Source: an uncultured cyanobacterium | GTDB taxonomy: Bacteria; Cyanobacteriota; Cyanobacteriia; Cyanobacteriales; Nostocaceae | DNA length: 32,000 nucleotides | Assembly (NCBI GenBank): GCA_963740315.1 | Contig: CAVUDP010000001.1 | Span: 551,003-583,002 of the forward strand | Reading direction: 5' to 3' | Shown here: positions 1 through 8,007 of the stretch, one piece after another | How positions within the stretch are numbered: the stretch's first letter is position 1 | How the letters are laid out: each line of letters begins with the position of its first letter | The notes under the pieces: model-generated | What the model saw: only the letters and a program-made list of their open reading frames with translations | Database searches by the model: none | Told to the model about the DNA's origin: nothing | Position numbers and translations under genes: made by a program

Positions 1-160
1 CAAAATCGGGATAGCCAGAAAACGGACATTTACAGGTAAATTCTGGCAACGTAATACTAATATTGTATCTTCTTCCCACACGCGGATTCGGAAATGTAAT
101 TAAATTTCCTTCGTCAATCTCGCGCTCGCCATACTTAACTTCTGTATTTATCTGAGCCAT
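1..160 (-). CDS. queF: NADPH-dependent 7-cyano-7-deazaguanine reductase QueF, N-terminal part (gene continues beyond the window edge)
   Basis: Minus-strand translation from the ATG at 160-158 gives [53 protein letters not shown]. This contains the type-I QueF signature (ITFPNP ... [16 protein letters not shown]). It is not in the ORF track because it is truncated by the window edge. Confidence 0.85.
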   Translation of the reverse strand, partial: MAQINTEVKYGEREIDEGNLITFPNPRVGRRYNISITLPEFTCKCPFSGYPDF

Positions 161-290
161 TTATAATCAACAATAATTAATCACTAAATTGGGCATGGGC
201 AATAGGGCATTGGGTGTTGATTCACAAAGTTTCACCCTTAACCTTATATACCTTGTTTTTTAATTTTTAACTCCTAACTCCGCGAGCTAA

Positions 291-689
291 CTATTCCTCT
301 TCCCAATCGGGACAATTTTCATCTTCATATCCTGAAGGATGCATACCGCAAACTAGTAAGTTACCACTGTAAACTTGTCCGTGGTAGTTACGACAACCCA
401 TACAGGCGGGGTTCTTTTCTGCTGTCGGTTCTACGGGATAAGGAAAATGACCATTCATATCATCTCCTAAAACATCCTCAAAATCCCAATAAACTTCTAA
501 AAACGGTTCGGCTAAATCTTGTAAATATTGATCTACTTCAGAAAGTAACGAACTTTGAACTTGTTCGCTAAGCTCTTCAGTCATTTCAATAAAACTATCC
601 ACTACCTCTGTCATACCCACGAAGAAGCGTTCCACTTCATCAGATACGGATTTAACAACGTCCGAAAAATCTTTTTGCCACTCATCCAT
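291..689 (-). CDS. Hypothetical acidic protein with a C-terminal four-Cys module (CxGC ... C ... C), likely metal-binding
   Basis: 132-aa ORF with an acidic helical N-terminal half. The C-terminus ACMGCRNYHGQVYSGNLLVCGMHPSGYEDENCPDWE looks like a conserved cyanobacterial Cys motif. No family name recognised with certainty. Confidence 0.6.
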   Translation of the reverse strand: MDEWQKDFSDVVKSVSDEVERFFVGMTEVVDSFIEMTEELSEQVQSSLLSEVDQYLQDLAEPFLEVYWDFEDVLGDDMNGHFPYPVEPTAEKNPACMGCRNYHGQVYSGNLLVCGMHPSGYEDENCPDWEEE

Positions 690-924
690 AAAAAATAGTC
701 CTCACTTACAACAATAATAGGACATTTATTTCAACGCTTCGATCGCGTCTTCCGGAGGGTGGCAATTAACGATCGCAACATTTTAGCGCTACACCAAGCA
801 TTTTGGTCAATACTTGATATTAAAAGTACACCCCACCAATGGATATTTTATAACAATCATTTTGGAATGGCTGTTATAAATTTAAATCGTTGCTCCCGGC
901 GCGGACGTACTTTGAGTTAATTAA

Positions 925-1305
925 TTATTTATCGCGCTGCAACCGACGCAATTCGTCTTGCATCCGCTTAACTTGATCGCGTAATCGATCGACATCTTCA
1001 GGGGGGGAATCTTTGGCAGTTGGTTCCTCATCATCGCTTAAAATTTCTATGCGACGGGGTTCGGTGCGAGATGTGGTTTCACCGCTTGCGTCACTGGCTC
1101 CGGATTGGGCTTGCTTCATCATGTCTTCCACAAAGCGACGGGCTTCTTCGGCGTTCATTTCGCCCTTCGCAACCATTTCATCTGCCAGTTTTTGGGCTTG
1201 CGATCGCAATTCTGCTAAAGTTCCACCAGCTTTCTCGCCAGCGTAAGCAGCTAGCCCAACACCAAGATAAAAAGCTCTTTTAGCGATATCTCCAAAACCA
1301 GGCAT
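925..1305 (-). CDS. Phasin-like / thylakoid-associated small helical protein
   Basis: 126-aa ORF. The N-terminus MPGFGDIAKRAFYLGVGLAAYAGEKAGGTLAELRSQAQKLADEMVAKGEM resembles phasin-family proteins, and the C-terminus is a charged coiled-coil tail. The two overlapping plus-strand ORFs are antisense artefacts. Confidence 0.6.
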   Translation of the reverse strand: MPGFGDIAKRAFYLGVGLAAYAGEKAGGTLAELRSQAQKLADEMVAKGEMNAEEARRFVEDMMKQAQSGASDASGETTSRTEPRRIEILSDDEEPTAKDSPPEDVDRLRDQVKRMQDELRRLQRDK

Positions 1306-1327
1306 TATATGAAAATTCTCTCTAAAA

Positions 1328-1432
1328 ATAGGGCGACCCGGAGTCTACGCCTACTGTAAGCATCCCGTATTGCTGCTACCTTCCGGTCCTGACAAGATTT
1401 GGGCGTTGCAGTTGCATAGGTCCAGGTCTAGA
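1328..1432 (-). ncRNA. ffs: Signal recognition particle RNA (4.5S/ffs, small bacterial SRP RNA)
   Basis: The minus strand reads GACCUGGACC...UUGUCAGGACCGGAAGGUAGCAGCAAUACGGGAUGC...GACUCCGGGUCGCCC. The core GUCAGGaCCGGAAGGuAGCAGC closely matches the universal SRP domain IV motif (E. coli GUCAGGUCCGGAAGGAAGCAGC, GGAA tetraloop). The ends GACCUGGA and UCCGGGUC pair to close the hairpin, and a T-rich tract follows. Ends are approximate. Confidence 0.8.
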
Positions 1433-1486
1433 AACAATATAGCATTAAACTGTTTAAATGTGTAACGGATAGTTGGGGATTTTTAG

Positions 1487-1753
1487 CTATTCAACTAGAA
1501 GCCGCCATTCATATAACTTATAGGTAACGCAATCATTTTTAATTAAAGGATCGCCCGCTACAATCGCTTCTGCTTCATCCATCGAAGCGGCTTCAAAAAG
1601 CAACATTCCGCCACCATATTGCGCCCAATAACCCGTTTTTGCTTGATGTCCTTTCTGCTTCAACTCTTCCACATAAGCTTTATGCGCGGGGACATATCGA
1701 TCGAAAATCGATTTATCAACTTTACCTTCTTCTATTTTCACAAACCACGGCAT
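1487..1753 (-). CDS. YciI-like (YCII-related) small protein
   Basis: 88-aa ORF. Length and pattern (VPAHKAYVEELKQKGH ... GGGMLLFEAASMDEAEAIVAGDPL) are typical of the YciI family. Confidence 0.8.
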   Translation of the reverse strand: MPWFVKIEEGKVDKSIFDRYVPAHKAYVEELKQKGHQAKTGYWAQYGGGMLLFEAASMDEAEAIVAGDPLIKNDCVTYKLYEWRLLVE

Positions 1754-1990
1754 TTTCTTCTAATTCCTCCTTTGACGGGATTCATCTTAGTTTAATATCT
1801 GCTGGAGTTGGCGTTAGTTTTTCCTTGTTGAAAGTAATATCAAGTTTGGTATGTGGCGATCGCGATCGAATTAGAGTAATGCAATTTTTACAAGAGCGAT
1901 CGATATAATCCCGGCTTTTTCTCGATGAAAATACGGTTTTATGATTTTTTTAGTGATATTAAATACTATTTTTGGTTAAGTGGAAAAAAT

Positions 1991-2095
1991 CTACGGTTGG
2001 GTTAAACACCAAAAAAATTGATTGTAACGAAAATTTAAATCTGGTGTCGTAACCCAACATCATCGCTGTGGATAAGTACTTAGGCAAAATTAATT
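1991..2095. mobile_element. MITE family A, left half only (truncated or interrupted copy)
   Basis: ctacggttgggttaaacaccaaaaaaattgattgtaacgaaaatttaaatctggtgtcgtaacccaacatcatcg aligns with the left halves of the full copies at 2280 and 3430. The right half is replaced by a different GC-rich element. Confidence 0.6.
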
Positions 2096-2270
2096 GTGCA
2101 TTTGTCCGAAGCGAGTGGAACGTTCACGCGGAGCGTGCGGCGAGGGCGAAACGAAGCATTCACCCGTAGGGTGCGGTTCATCGCAAAACCTGAGAAAGAT
2201 CCGCTGTCGCATGTCCTATCGGACACGCTGCGCTAACGCTTCGGACACAAATAATGAAGGCACACCCACT
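2096..2270. repeat. GC-rich small dispersed-repeat-like element with imperfect terminal inverted repeats, nested between MITE A copies
   Basis: The termini atttgtccgaagcg and cgcttcggacacaaat are near reverse complements. The composition is much more GC-rich than the flanks. The 71-aa ORF at 2094..2309 lies entirely inside it and is judged spurious. Confidence 0.45.
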
Positions 2271-2279
2271 TATAAGTTC

Positions 2280-2444
2280 GTAGGTTGGGTTAGACACCAA
2301 AAAAATTGATTGTAACGAAAATTTAAATCTGGTGTCGTAACTCAACATCAATATTGGGGATAAATAAAAATATCACTCAGTTACGACGCTATATAAATTC
2401 GGCAATTAAAACCCTATATCATAGATGCGTTTAACCCAACCTAC
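2280..2444. mobile_element. MITE family A, full copy (about 165 bp)
   Basis: Terminal inverted repeats gtaggttgggttagac and gt(t/c)taacccaacctac. The internal sequence is nearly identical to the copy at 3430..3594. Confidence 0.7.
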
Positions 2445-2453
2445 AACTATTCC

Positions 2454-2693
2454 CTAATTAATACAAGTAATCGCTTCCCTGGATGAATTAATATCGGGAG
2501 AAACTCTTAAAAAATGGATAAATCCGGTATTTGGACAAGGCATTTTTAGGCTCTGAATAATTTTATTGATTCGGCTAAGTTGCAAATCGCAACTTAACCG
2601 TAATCGAGCCAAAGAATCTATTGTGTCATCCCGAAAATTTTGGCTCTTCATTACATAGTATGCTAAATCATGGGTAATGAATAGCTGTAACAT
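2454..2693 (-). CDS. Hypothetical small protein (weak call)
   Basis: 79-aa ORF bounded by a MITE copy on one side and a heptamer repeat on the other. No recognisable motif. It may be a gene remnant or non-coding. Confidence 0.3.
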   Translation of the reverse strand: MLQLFITHDLAYYVMKSQNFRDDTIDSLARLRLSCDLQLSRINKIIQSLKMPCPNTGFIHFLRVSPDINSSREAITCIN

Positions 2694-2758
2694 ATACTGA
2701 ACAAGGGCTTTGATTCTTGTTTACTTCATTTGTTACTAATATCTTCCTTTTTTCCCTT

Positions 2759-2786
2759 CTGCCTACTGCCTACTGCCTTCTGCCTT
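2759..2786. repeat. STRR-type heptamer tandem repeat (ctgcct[a/t]) x4
   Basis: Read directly: ctgcctactgcctactgccttctgcctt. Confidence 0.85.
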
Positions 2787-2830
2787 TTTACGACTATTTA
2801 ATTAGCATAACAAGTGCTGAAGAACCATTA

Positions 2831-2865
2831 AAACCTATATCAAAGATGCGTCTAACCCAACCTAC
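2831..2865. mobile_element. MITE family A, solo right-end fragment
   Basis: aaacctatatcaaagatgcgtctaacccaacctac matches the right terminus of the full copies. Its terminal cta (2862-2864) is the TAG stop of the minus-strand DoxX-like ORF. Confidence 0.5.
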
Positions 2866-3290
2866 AATTGTTCACTGTTCGCTGCTTTCCCCAACTTCAC
2901 CGTTAACCATTCATCTTTATCTCGTAGTAAAAATAAAGCAATCAATCCACCTAAAGCGGGAACCGCAGCCCAAAATAATGTATTTGGACTTTCATAGGGA
3001 TTGAATAGCTTTTGGTATGTAGAGAGTACCGATACAATATGCATTCCTAAAATTGCTCCATAAGTCCAGGTTTTAAATAAACCCACCATGAATGCAATAA
3101 TGATTAAAGTTTGGATAGCGCCAACGACGTAAGAAAATATAGGAGATACTTCCATAAAATAAAAGCTGGAAAATATCTTTTGCGTTGATTCTGGCTGAAT
3201 TATTTTCCGCAACGACCAAACAAGGAAGAATATTGCTGTGGAAATGCGGATTATTGCTAAACTAATTTGTAACTTTCTTTCGTCTGTCAT
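2862..3290 (-). CDS. DoxX-like small integral membrane protein
   Basis: 142-aa ORF with about four hydrophobic helices. The N-terminal pattern LAIIRISTAIFFLVWSLRKI resembles DoxX-family proteins. The stop codon is supplied by the MITE fragment. Confidence 0.6.
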   Translation of the reverse strand: MTDERKLQISLAIIRISTAIFFLVWSLRKIIQPESTQKIFSSFYFMEVSPIFSYVVGAIQTLIIIAFMVGLFKTWTYGAILGMHIVSVLSTYQKLFNPYESPNTLFWAAVPALGGLIALFLLRDKDEWLTVKLGKAANSEQL

Positions 3291-3429
3291 GATTTTTTAC
3301 CTATTACCTATTACCTATTACTTCCGTAATGGTGGCATTCTCCCGCCATTTTGGTAGAGAGCAGTATTGCAAACAAATATGACATAGAAATGACTTGAAT
3401 TGAGCATTGAGCATGGTAAATAGTTATTC

Positions 3430-3594
3430 GTAGGTTGGGTTAGACACTAAAAAAAAATTGGTTGTAACGAAAATTTAAATCTGGTGTCGTAACCCAACAT
3501 CATCGTTGTAGATGTAATAAAAGATAAGGGGTTACGACGCTATATCAATTCTTAATTAAAACCCTATATCACAGATGCGTCTAACCCAACCTAC
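3430..3594. mobile_element. MITE family A, full copy
   Basis: TIRs gtaggttgggttagac and gtctaacccaacctac. It ends 22 nt upstream of the ATG of the 2H phosphoesterase gene. Confidence 0.7.
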
Positions 3595-3615
3595 AACTAC
3601 AACTGCTAACTGAAA

Positions 3616-4155
3616 ATGAGCCTTTATTTCATCGCTTTATTACCACCGCAATCAATCCAAGATTACGCTACTGAAGTTAAGCAATATTTTGCCGATCGCT
3701 ACGACAGCAAGCACGCTTTCAAATCACCACCCCATATTACGTTACAACCTCCTTTTGAATGGAATACGCATAAAATAACCGATTTGGAGGAATGTTTGCA
3801 GAAGTTTGTTATGGGAAGAAATTCAATCCCAGTCACTCTTAATGGTTATAATGCCTTTGTTCCTCGCGTTATCTATATTGATGTAGTTAAAACCATTAAG
3901 TTGATGAATTTGCAAGCCGATTTAATGGTTTATTTAGAAAACCATCTGGAGATAGTTGACAAGGTTGCTAAATCTCGCGGTTTTACTCCTCACATGACAG
4001 TTGCTTTTAAAGATTTGAAGCGAAATCATTTTCAAGCTGCTTGGATGGAATTTGAAAATAAAGAATTGCATTTTGAGTTTAATGCGAGGAAGTTGACGCT
4101 GTTGAAGCATGAAGATAAAAAATGGAATATTGTTTCATTGTTTGAATTTGTATAA
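3616..4155 (+). CDS. 2H phosphoesterase superfamily protein (2'-5' RNA ligase / LigT-like)
   Basis: 179-aa ORF with the two diagnostic HxT/S motifs (PPHITLQPP and TPHMTVAF) at the spacing expected for 2H enzymes. Confidence 0.85.
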   Translation: MSLYFIALLPPQSIQDYATEVKQYFADRYDSKHAFKSPPHITLQPPFEWNTHKITDLEECLQKFVMGRNSIPVTLNGYNAFVPRVIYIDVVKTIKLMNLQADLMVYLENHLEIVDKVAKSRGFTPHMTVAFKDLKRNHFQAAWMEFENKELHFEFNARKLTLLKHEDKKWNIVSLFEFV

Positions 4156-4183
4156 TCTTCAGGTATAACTTTGAAGTAAATCA

Positions 4184-4215
4184 CCTTGTTTGTATAAACA
4201 GGCTTTTTTTTTTTG
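4184..4215 (+). terminator. Putative rho-independent terminator after the 2H phosphoesterase gene
   Basis: Imperfect hairpin ccttgttt-gtat-aaacagg followed by a run of about 11 T. Confidence 0.5.
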
Positions 4216-4373
4216 ATTTTTTTGGAAACAGCTAAGTATATTTCCGGAAACTTAAAAAGAGCAATGAAGCCCGGTTTCTCGATCTTCTATTTAACCTTAA
4301 AAGTATGTTTTGTCCTGCGTATATTTCCGGAAAATTTCAGGGAGGTATGTAGTTAAAAGAAGGAAATACAATA

Positions 4374-5450
4374 GTGGAAGGTACTATGACTACTAGCTTT
4401 ATTGTTCTTGAAGCAGGCACAACTGGATTAAAAGTATCAAAATTACAAGAAGGTTTAAAACAGCTTAACTTTTATTTTGGTGCGATCGATGGCGTTTTTG
4501 GTGCGAAAACCTCTTCAGCATTAATTAAGTTTCAACAGCCTTACAATCATCTGCCGTCGAATGGAATTGTAGATGCAGAAACGATTTTACAACTGGATGA
4601 AGATGTATGGTTATCGCGAAAAGAGGTTTTGCGGGAAGGTTGTACGGGTGAAGAAGTCAAAGCACTTCAAGAGATGTTTACTAATTACGATTTACAAAGC
4701 TTGAAAATAGATGGATATTTTGGCAGAAAAACCAAAGAAGCTGTAATTTGGTTTCAGCAAAATTGGGGTTTGCAAGCAGATGGGATTGTAGGAAAACAAA
4801 CTTGGGCTGCTTTATATCGCCATCAAGTTCATGATGTACCTTATGGAGACAGAGTTAGTTATTTCTTTGGGGAGTTGGATATAGAATTAATTAAGTTACC
4901 ACTTAAAAAAGGTGATGGAAGTCACGATGTTTTAATTTTGCAAAAATTCCTGAATTACGTTTCTGGAAGTACTAGCTCCATTTTAGAAGATGGTGATTTT
5001 GGGCAAGCAACCGAACAAGCTGTAAAAAACTTTCAGCAACGTCAGGGTTTAATTGCTGATGGAGTTGTGGGAATGCAAACTTATCAAGCCATGATTTCTG
5101 AAGGATTAAATCAGCAGGTGATAGATCAACTTTTAAGTTACCGTTACGGAAAATTATTAGACTTTACTCAAGGAAAAGAGATTGAGATTGTAGAAGATGC
5201 AGCGGTAAGAGGTGAATCTGTTATTTACAGACTTGAGGTAGCACCCGAACAAAGTTTTCTTATTGTAATTACTTCTTTGGAAAATAACGCCGTATTTGAT
5301 TTAGTTAGAGTTGGCGATGGTGAAGTTTATGTCCAAGAATCAACTAATTGTCAGGTTTTTCTAAAAGCGGGTAAATATTCTATTAATGTAGGTGGAACTC
5401 GCGGTAATGCTAGCTATACTTTAAAGGTTGAGTCCATAGTTGGTTGTTAG
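4374..5450 (+). CDS. Protein with three peptidoglycan-binding (PG_binding_1-like) repeats and a C-terminal beta-rich, PPC-like domain
   Basis: 358-aa ORF with three repeats of the pattern G..G..V..LQ......DG.FG..T..AV..FQ....L..DG.VG..T. The C-terminal 100 aa resemble a pre-peptidase C-terminal type beta-sandwich. An alternative ATG start lies at 4386. Confidence 0.8.
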   Translation: MEGTMTTSFIVLEAGTTGLKVSKLQEGLKQLNFYFGAIDGVFGAKTSSALIKFQQPYNHLPSNGIVDAETILQLDEDVWLSRKEVLREGCTGEEVKALQEMFTNYDLQSLKIDGYFGRKTKEAVIWFQQNWGLQADGIVGKQTWAALYRHQVHDVPYGDRVSYFFGELDIELIKLPLKKGDGSHDVLILQKFLNYVSGSTSSILEDGDFGQATEQAVKNFQQRQGLIADGVVGMQTYQAMISEGLNQQVIDQLLSYRYGKLLDFTQGKEIEIVEDAAVRGESVIYRLEVAPEQSFLIVITSLENNAVFDLVRVGDGEVYVQESTNCQVFLKAGKYSINVGGTRGNASYTLKVESIVGC

Positions 5451-5568
5451 TTGTTTGCAATATTTAGCTGTATTCTCAACAAAAATAGAGTGTTTGAATG
5501 AGAAAGTTATAACGGGTAATGGATTCTGGATAGGTTATAAATTTTAAGTATTTTTGATAATTAAGAAA

Positions 5569-5596
5569 CCTGATTTTACTAAAAATCGGGTTTTTT
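5569..5596. terminator. Putative bidirectional terminator between convergent genes
   Basis: Hairpin cctgattt-tacta-aaatcggg followed by TTTTTT on the plus strand and preceded by an A/T-rich run for the minus strand. It sits between the 3' ends of the PG-binding gene and the kinase gene. Confidence 0.55.
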
Positions 5597-5629
5597 AACG
5601 TTAAAATCGCGATCGTTATTTAATCCCTG

Positions 5630-7771
5630 TTATCTTCTTAAAATGTTCCAAAACCCAGAAATTTTATCTTTATCCTTCTCTTTTTGATTTTGTTCTAATT
5701 TCTCTCTCTCTTTTTCTTCTAATTTCTCTTTTATTTTCTTACTAGCTCTAATTGCTTCTTGATAATCTGGCTTATATTTAATTGCGGTATCGTAAGCTAA
5801 GATCGCTTCTTTCTCTTTTCCTAAATTAATTAACGCATTACCTTTGCTATACCAGCTTTCGGAATGGTCTTTTTTGTAGCGAATTGCGCGATTGTAAGCC
5901 GATATTGCTTCTTGATATTTTTGCAAATTATAAAGCGAATTGCCGCGATTGTACCATACTTTGTAATCGTTTCGCCGGACTGCGATCGCTTTGTCGTAAG
6001 ATGCAACTGCTTCTTCATAACGTTGAATTTGATGCAGCGCCCAACCTATGGAGTATAAGGCATCAAAGTTTTTGGGATTATATTTTAATACTTCTTGAAA
6101 AGATTCGATCGCGTCGGGATAGCGTCGCAAACTTATCAGTACGTTACCTCTCGATAACCAAGCTTGGTAAAAATTAGGTTTGTACTGTACTGCTTTAGAG
6201 TAAGCTTTAAATGCATCGTTCTTGCGATCTAAATTAATTAGAGCATTACCGCTATTGTACCAAGCAAGTGAATTATTTGGCTTTAAATCGATAACTTGTT
6301 CGTAAGTAGAAAGCGCATCTTTATAGCGTTTCAAATTAAATAACGCCCAAGCTTTGTTATACCAAGCCCGTTCGTACTCTGGCTGTAATTCTACTGCGCG
6401 ATCGTAAGATTTTATTGCTTCGTCATATCTTTTTAAATTGCTTAAAGCCTCTCCTTTAGCATTCAAAACGTCGGGAGATTCTGGCTGTAATTTCAAAGAT
6501 TTATCAAAAGAGTAAATAGCCTCTTGATATCGCTGTAGTTTACTTAATGCAAAACCTCTTCCACTCCAAGCATCTTGATAACTTGGTTCAATTTGAATTG
6601 CTTTATCGTATGCCCAGAGTGCTTCTTGGTGTGAGTTTAACTCATATAGTGCTTTGGCTTGTCCGTTCCATGCTTGAGCGTATTCTGGTTTAATTTCTAA
6701 TGCTTTTTTATAACTAGAAAGTGCGTCTTGATAGCGCTGCAATTCATAAAATGTATTAGCTTTTTTATATAGATCGCCAGCGTTAGCAGAATTAATACTG
6801 TTAATAATAAATATAGATGCCGTTGCCCCAATTCCGGTTAACAACATCGCCATAAAAGCTTTGATAAATAATTTTTTTACTTTTATCTTTTTACGAGGCT
6901 TGGGAGTTGGAGGGTAAGGCGCAATATTCAATACCATCGTGCCATTCGATTGCTGATTTAGATTTTTTAAAGCTTCTAATGTTTGAGTCGCCGAAGCATA
7001 ACGCACTCTAAAATCATAACGCACCATTTTATCTAAAATTTCAGCAAACTCAGGACTGACTTTAGCGTGTTTTTGCCAAACAATTTCGTTAGTATCATCA
7101 TCCTTTTCCAATTCCTCTGGAGACAACCCGGTAAGGGCGCTAATACTCATTATCCCCAAAGCATAAATATCGCTACTAAATCTTGGCTCTCCCTGTGCTT
7201 GTTCGCTGGGAATGTATCCGGGAGTACCAATAGCTACAGTAATTTGTGTTTGATTTTTCGGAGAAACTATTTGAGTAGTAATTTGTTTAACCGCACCAAA
7301 ATCAATTAAAACTAATTTACCATTCTCGTGTCTGAGGATATTTCGGGGATTAATATCGCGATGAATTACCTTTTGCTGATGGACAAATTCTAAGATTTCT
7401 AGTATCTCTTGTAAAAGGGAAATAACTTTATCTTGACTTATAGGTTCAGAGGGCTTTATTTCTTCGTTTAAATCATGCCCGTTAATATATTCCTGTACCA
7501 GATAAAATTCTTGATTTTCCTCGAAATAAGCTAAAAGTTGGGGAATATGTTCGTGTATTCCTAACTTATACAAAACCTGAGCTTCGGTATCGAATAAGCG
7601 TCTTGCCGTTTGTAATGTAACGGGATCGGTTGCTTGCGGCTTCAGCTTTTTCACAACACATTTAGGAGAACCCGGTAAATGCGTATCGTAAGCTACAAAG
7701 GTTTCACCAAATCCCCCACCTCCCAAATTGCTAATTATTTCGTATCTTCCAACAAGTGTATTTCCCAACAT
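5630..7771 (-). CDS. Ser/Thr protein kinase with one transmembrane helix and a C-terminal TPR repeat domain
   Basis: 713 aa. Hanks kinase motifs are present: GGGGFGETF glycine loop, VVKKL lysine, HRDINPRN catalytic loop, DFG, and a PGYIPSE activation segment. A hydrophobic helix (FMAMLLTGIGATASIFII) follows, then about 11 canonical 34-aa TPR units and a Lys/Glu-rich tail. Confidence 0.92.
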   Translation of the reverse strand: MLGNTLVGRYEIISNLGGGGFGETFVAYDTHLPGSPKCVVKKLKPQATDPVTLQTARRLFDTEAQVLYKLGIHEHIPQLLAYFEENQEFYLVQEYINGHDLNEEIKPSEPISQDKVISLLQEILEILEFVHQQKVIHRDINPRNILRHENGKLVLIDFGAVKQITTQIVSPKNQTQITVAIGTPGYIPSEQAQGEPRFSSDIYALGIMSISALTGLSPEELEKDDDTNEIVWQKHAKVSPEFAEILDKMVRYDFRVRYASATQTLEALKNLNQQSNGTMVLNIAPYPPTPKPRKKIKVKKLFIKAFMAMLLTGIGATASIFIINSINSANAGDLYKKANTFYELQRYQDALSSYKKALEIKPEYAQAWNGQAKALYELNSHQEALWAYDKAIQIEPSYQDAWSGRGFALSKLQRYQEAIYSFDKSLKLQPESPDVLNAKGEALSNLKRYDEAIKSYDRAVELQPEYERAWYNKAWALFNLKRYKDALSTYEQVIDLKPNNSLAWYNSGNALINLDRKNDAFKAYSKAVQYKPNFYQAWLSRGNVLISLRRYPDAIESFQEVLKYNPKNFDALYSIGWALHQIQRYEEAVASYDKAIAVRRNDYKVWYNRGNSLYNLQKYQEAISAYNRAIRYKKDHSESWYSKGNALINLGKEKEAILAYDTAIKYKPDYQEAIRASKKIKEKLEEKEREKLEQNQKEKDKDKISGFWNILRR

Positions 7772-7785
7772 TTTTATACAGTTAA

Positions 7786-7829
7786 CAGTGAGCAGTAACC
7801 AGTGAGCAGTTATCAGTGAGCAGTTATCA
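7786..7829. repeat. Tandem repeat, about 14-bp unit cagtgagcagt[a/t]a[c/t]
   Basis: Read directly: cagtgagcagtaac cagtgagcagttat cagtgagcagttat, immediately upstream of the kinase start. Confidence 0.85.
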
Positions 7830-8007
7830 TTATTAGATTATTTTCTACTTTCTAATTCCGAAGTTCTAACTCCTAACTTCTAACTTAACAACAGACGTAG
7901 CAGTGCGGAGCTCTCTACAATTTTTAATCCAAAATCTAAAACTTGTGCTGAGCAGTTCGACGTAGCTCACTGTAAGACTTGCCGAAGTATCTAAAATCTA
8001 AAATTAT

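Noticed and set aside
1013-1283. Plus-strand ORFs 1013..1246 and 1020..1283
   Set aside because: They are antisense to the better-supported phasin-like gene, and their translations are Ser/Arg/Leu-rich with no motifs.
2094-2309. 71-aa plus-strand ORF (MCICPKRVERSRGACGEGE...)
   Set aside because: It is contained within a GC-rich dispersed-repeat element with terminal inverted repeats and runs into the next MITE copy. The Arg/Cys/Gly-rich translation is typical of a non-coding GC-rich repeat.
2454-2693. The 79-aa ORF as a HEPN/DUF86-type toxin remnant
   Set aside because: No Rx4-6H motif is in the right context and no adjacent nucleotidyltransferase or antitoxin gene is present. It is kept only as a low-confidence hypothetical ORF.
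5830-7309. Small ORFs 5830..6018, 5864..6058, 5884..6177 and 7067..7309 overlapping the kinase gene
   Set aside because: All lie in alternative frames or on the opposite strand of a 713-aa gene with complete kinase and TPR motifs. They are artefacts of the AT-rich repetitive TPR coding sequence.
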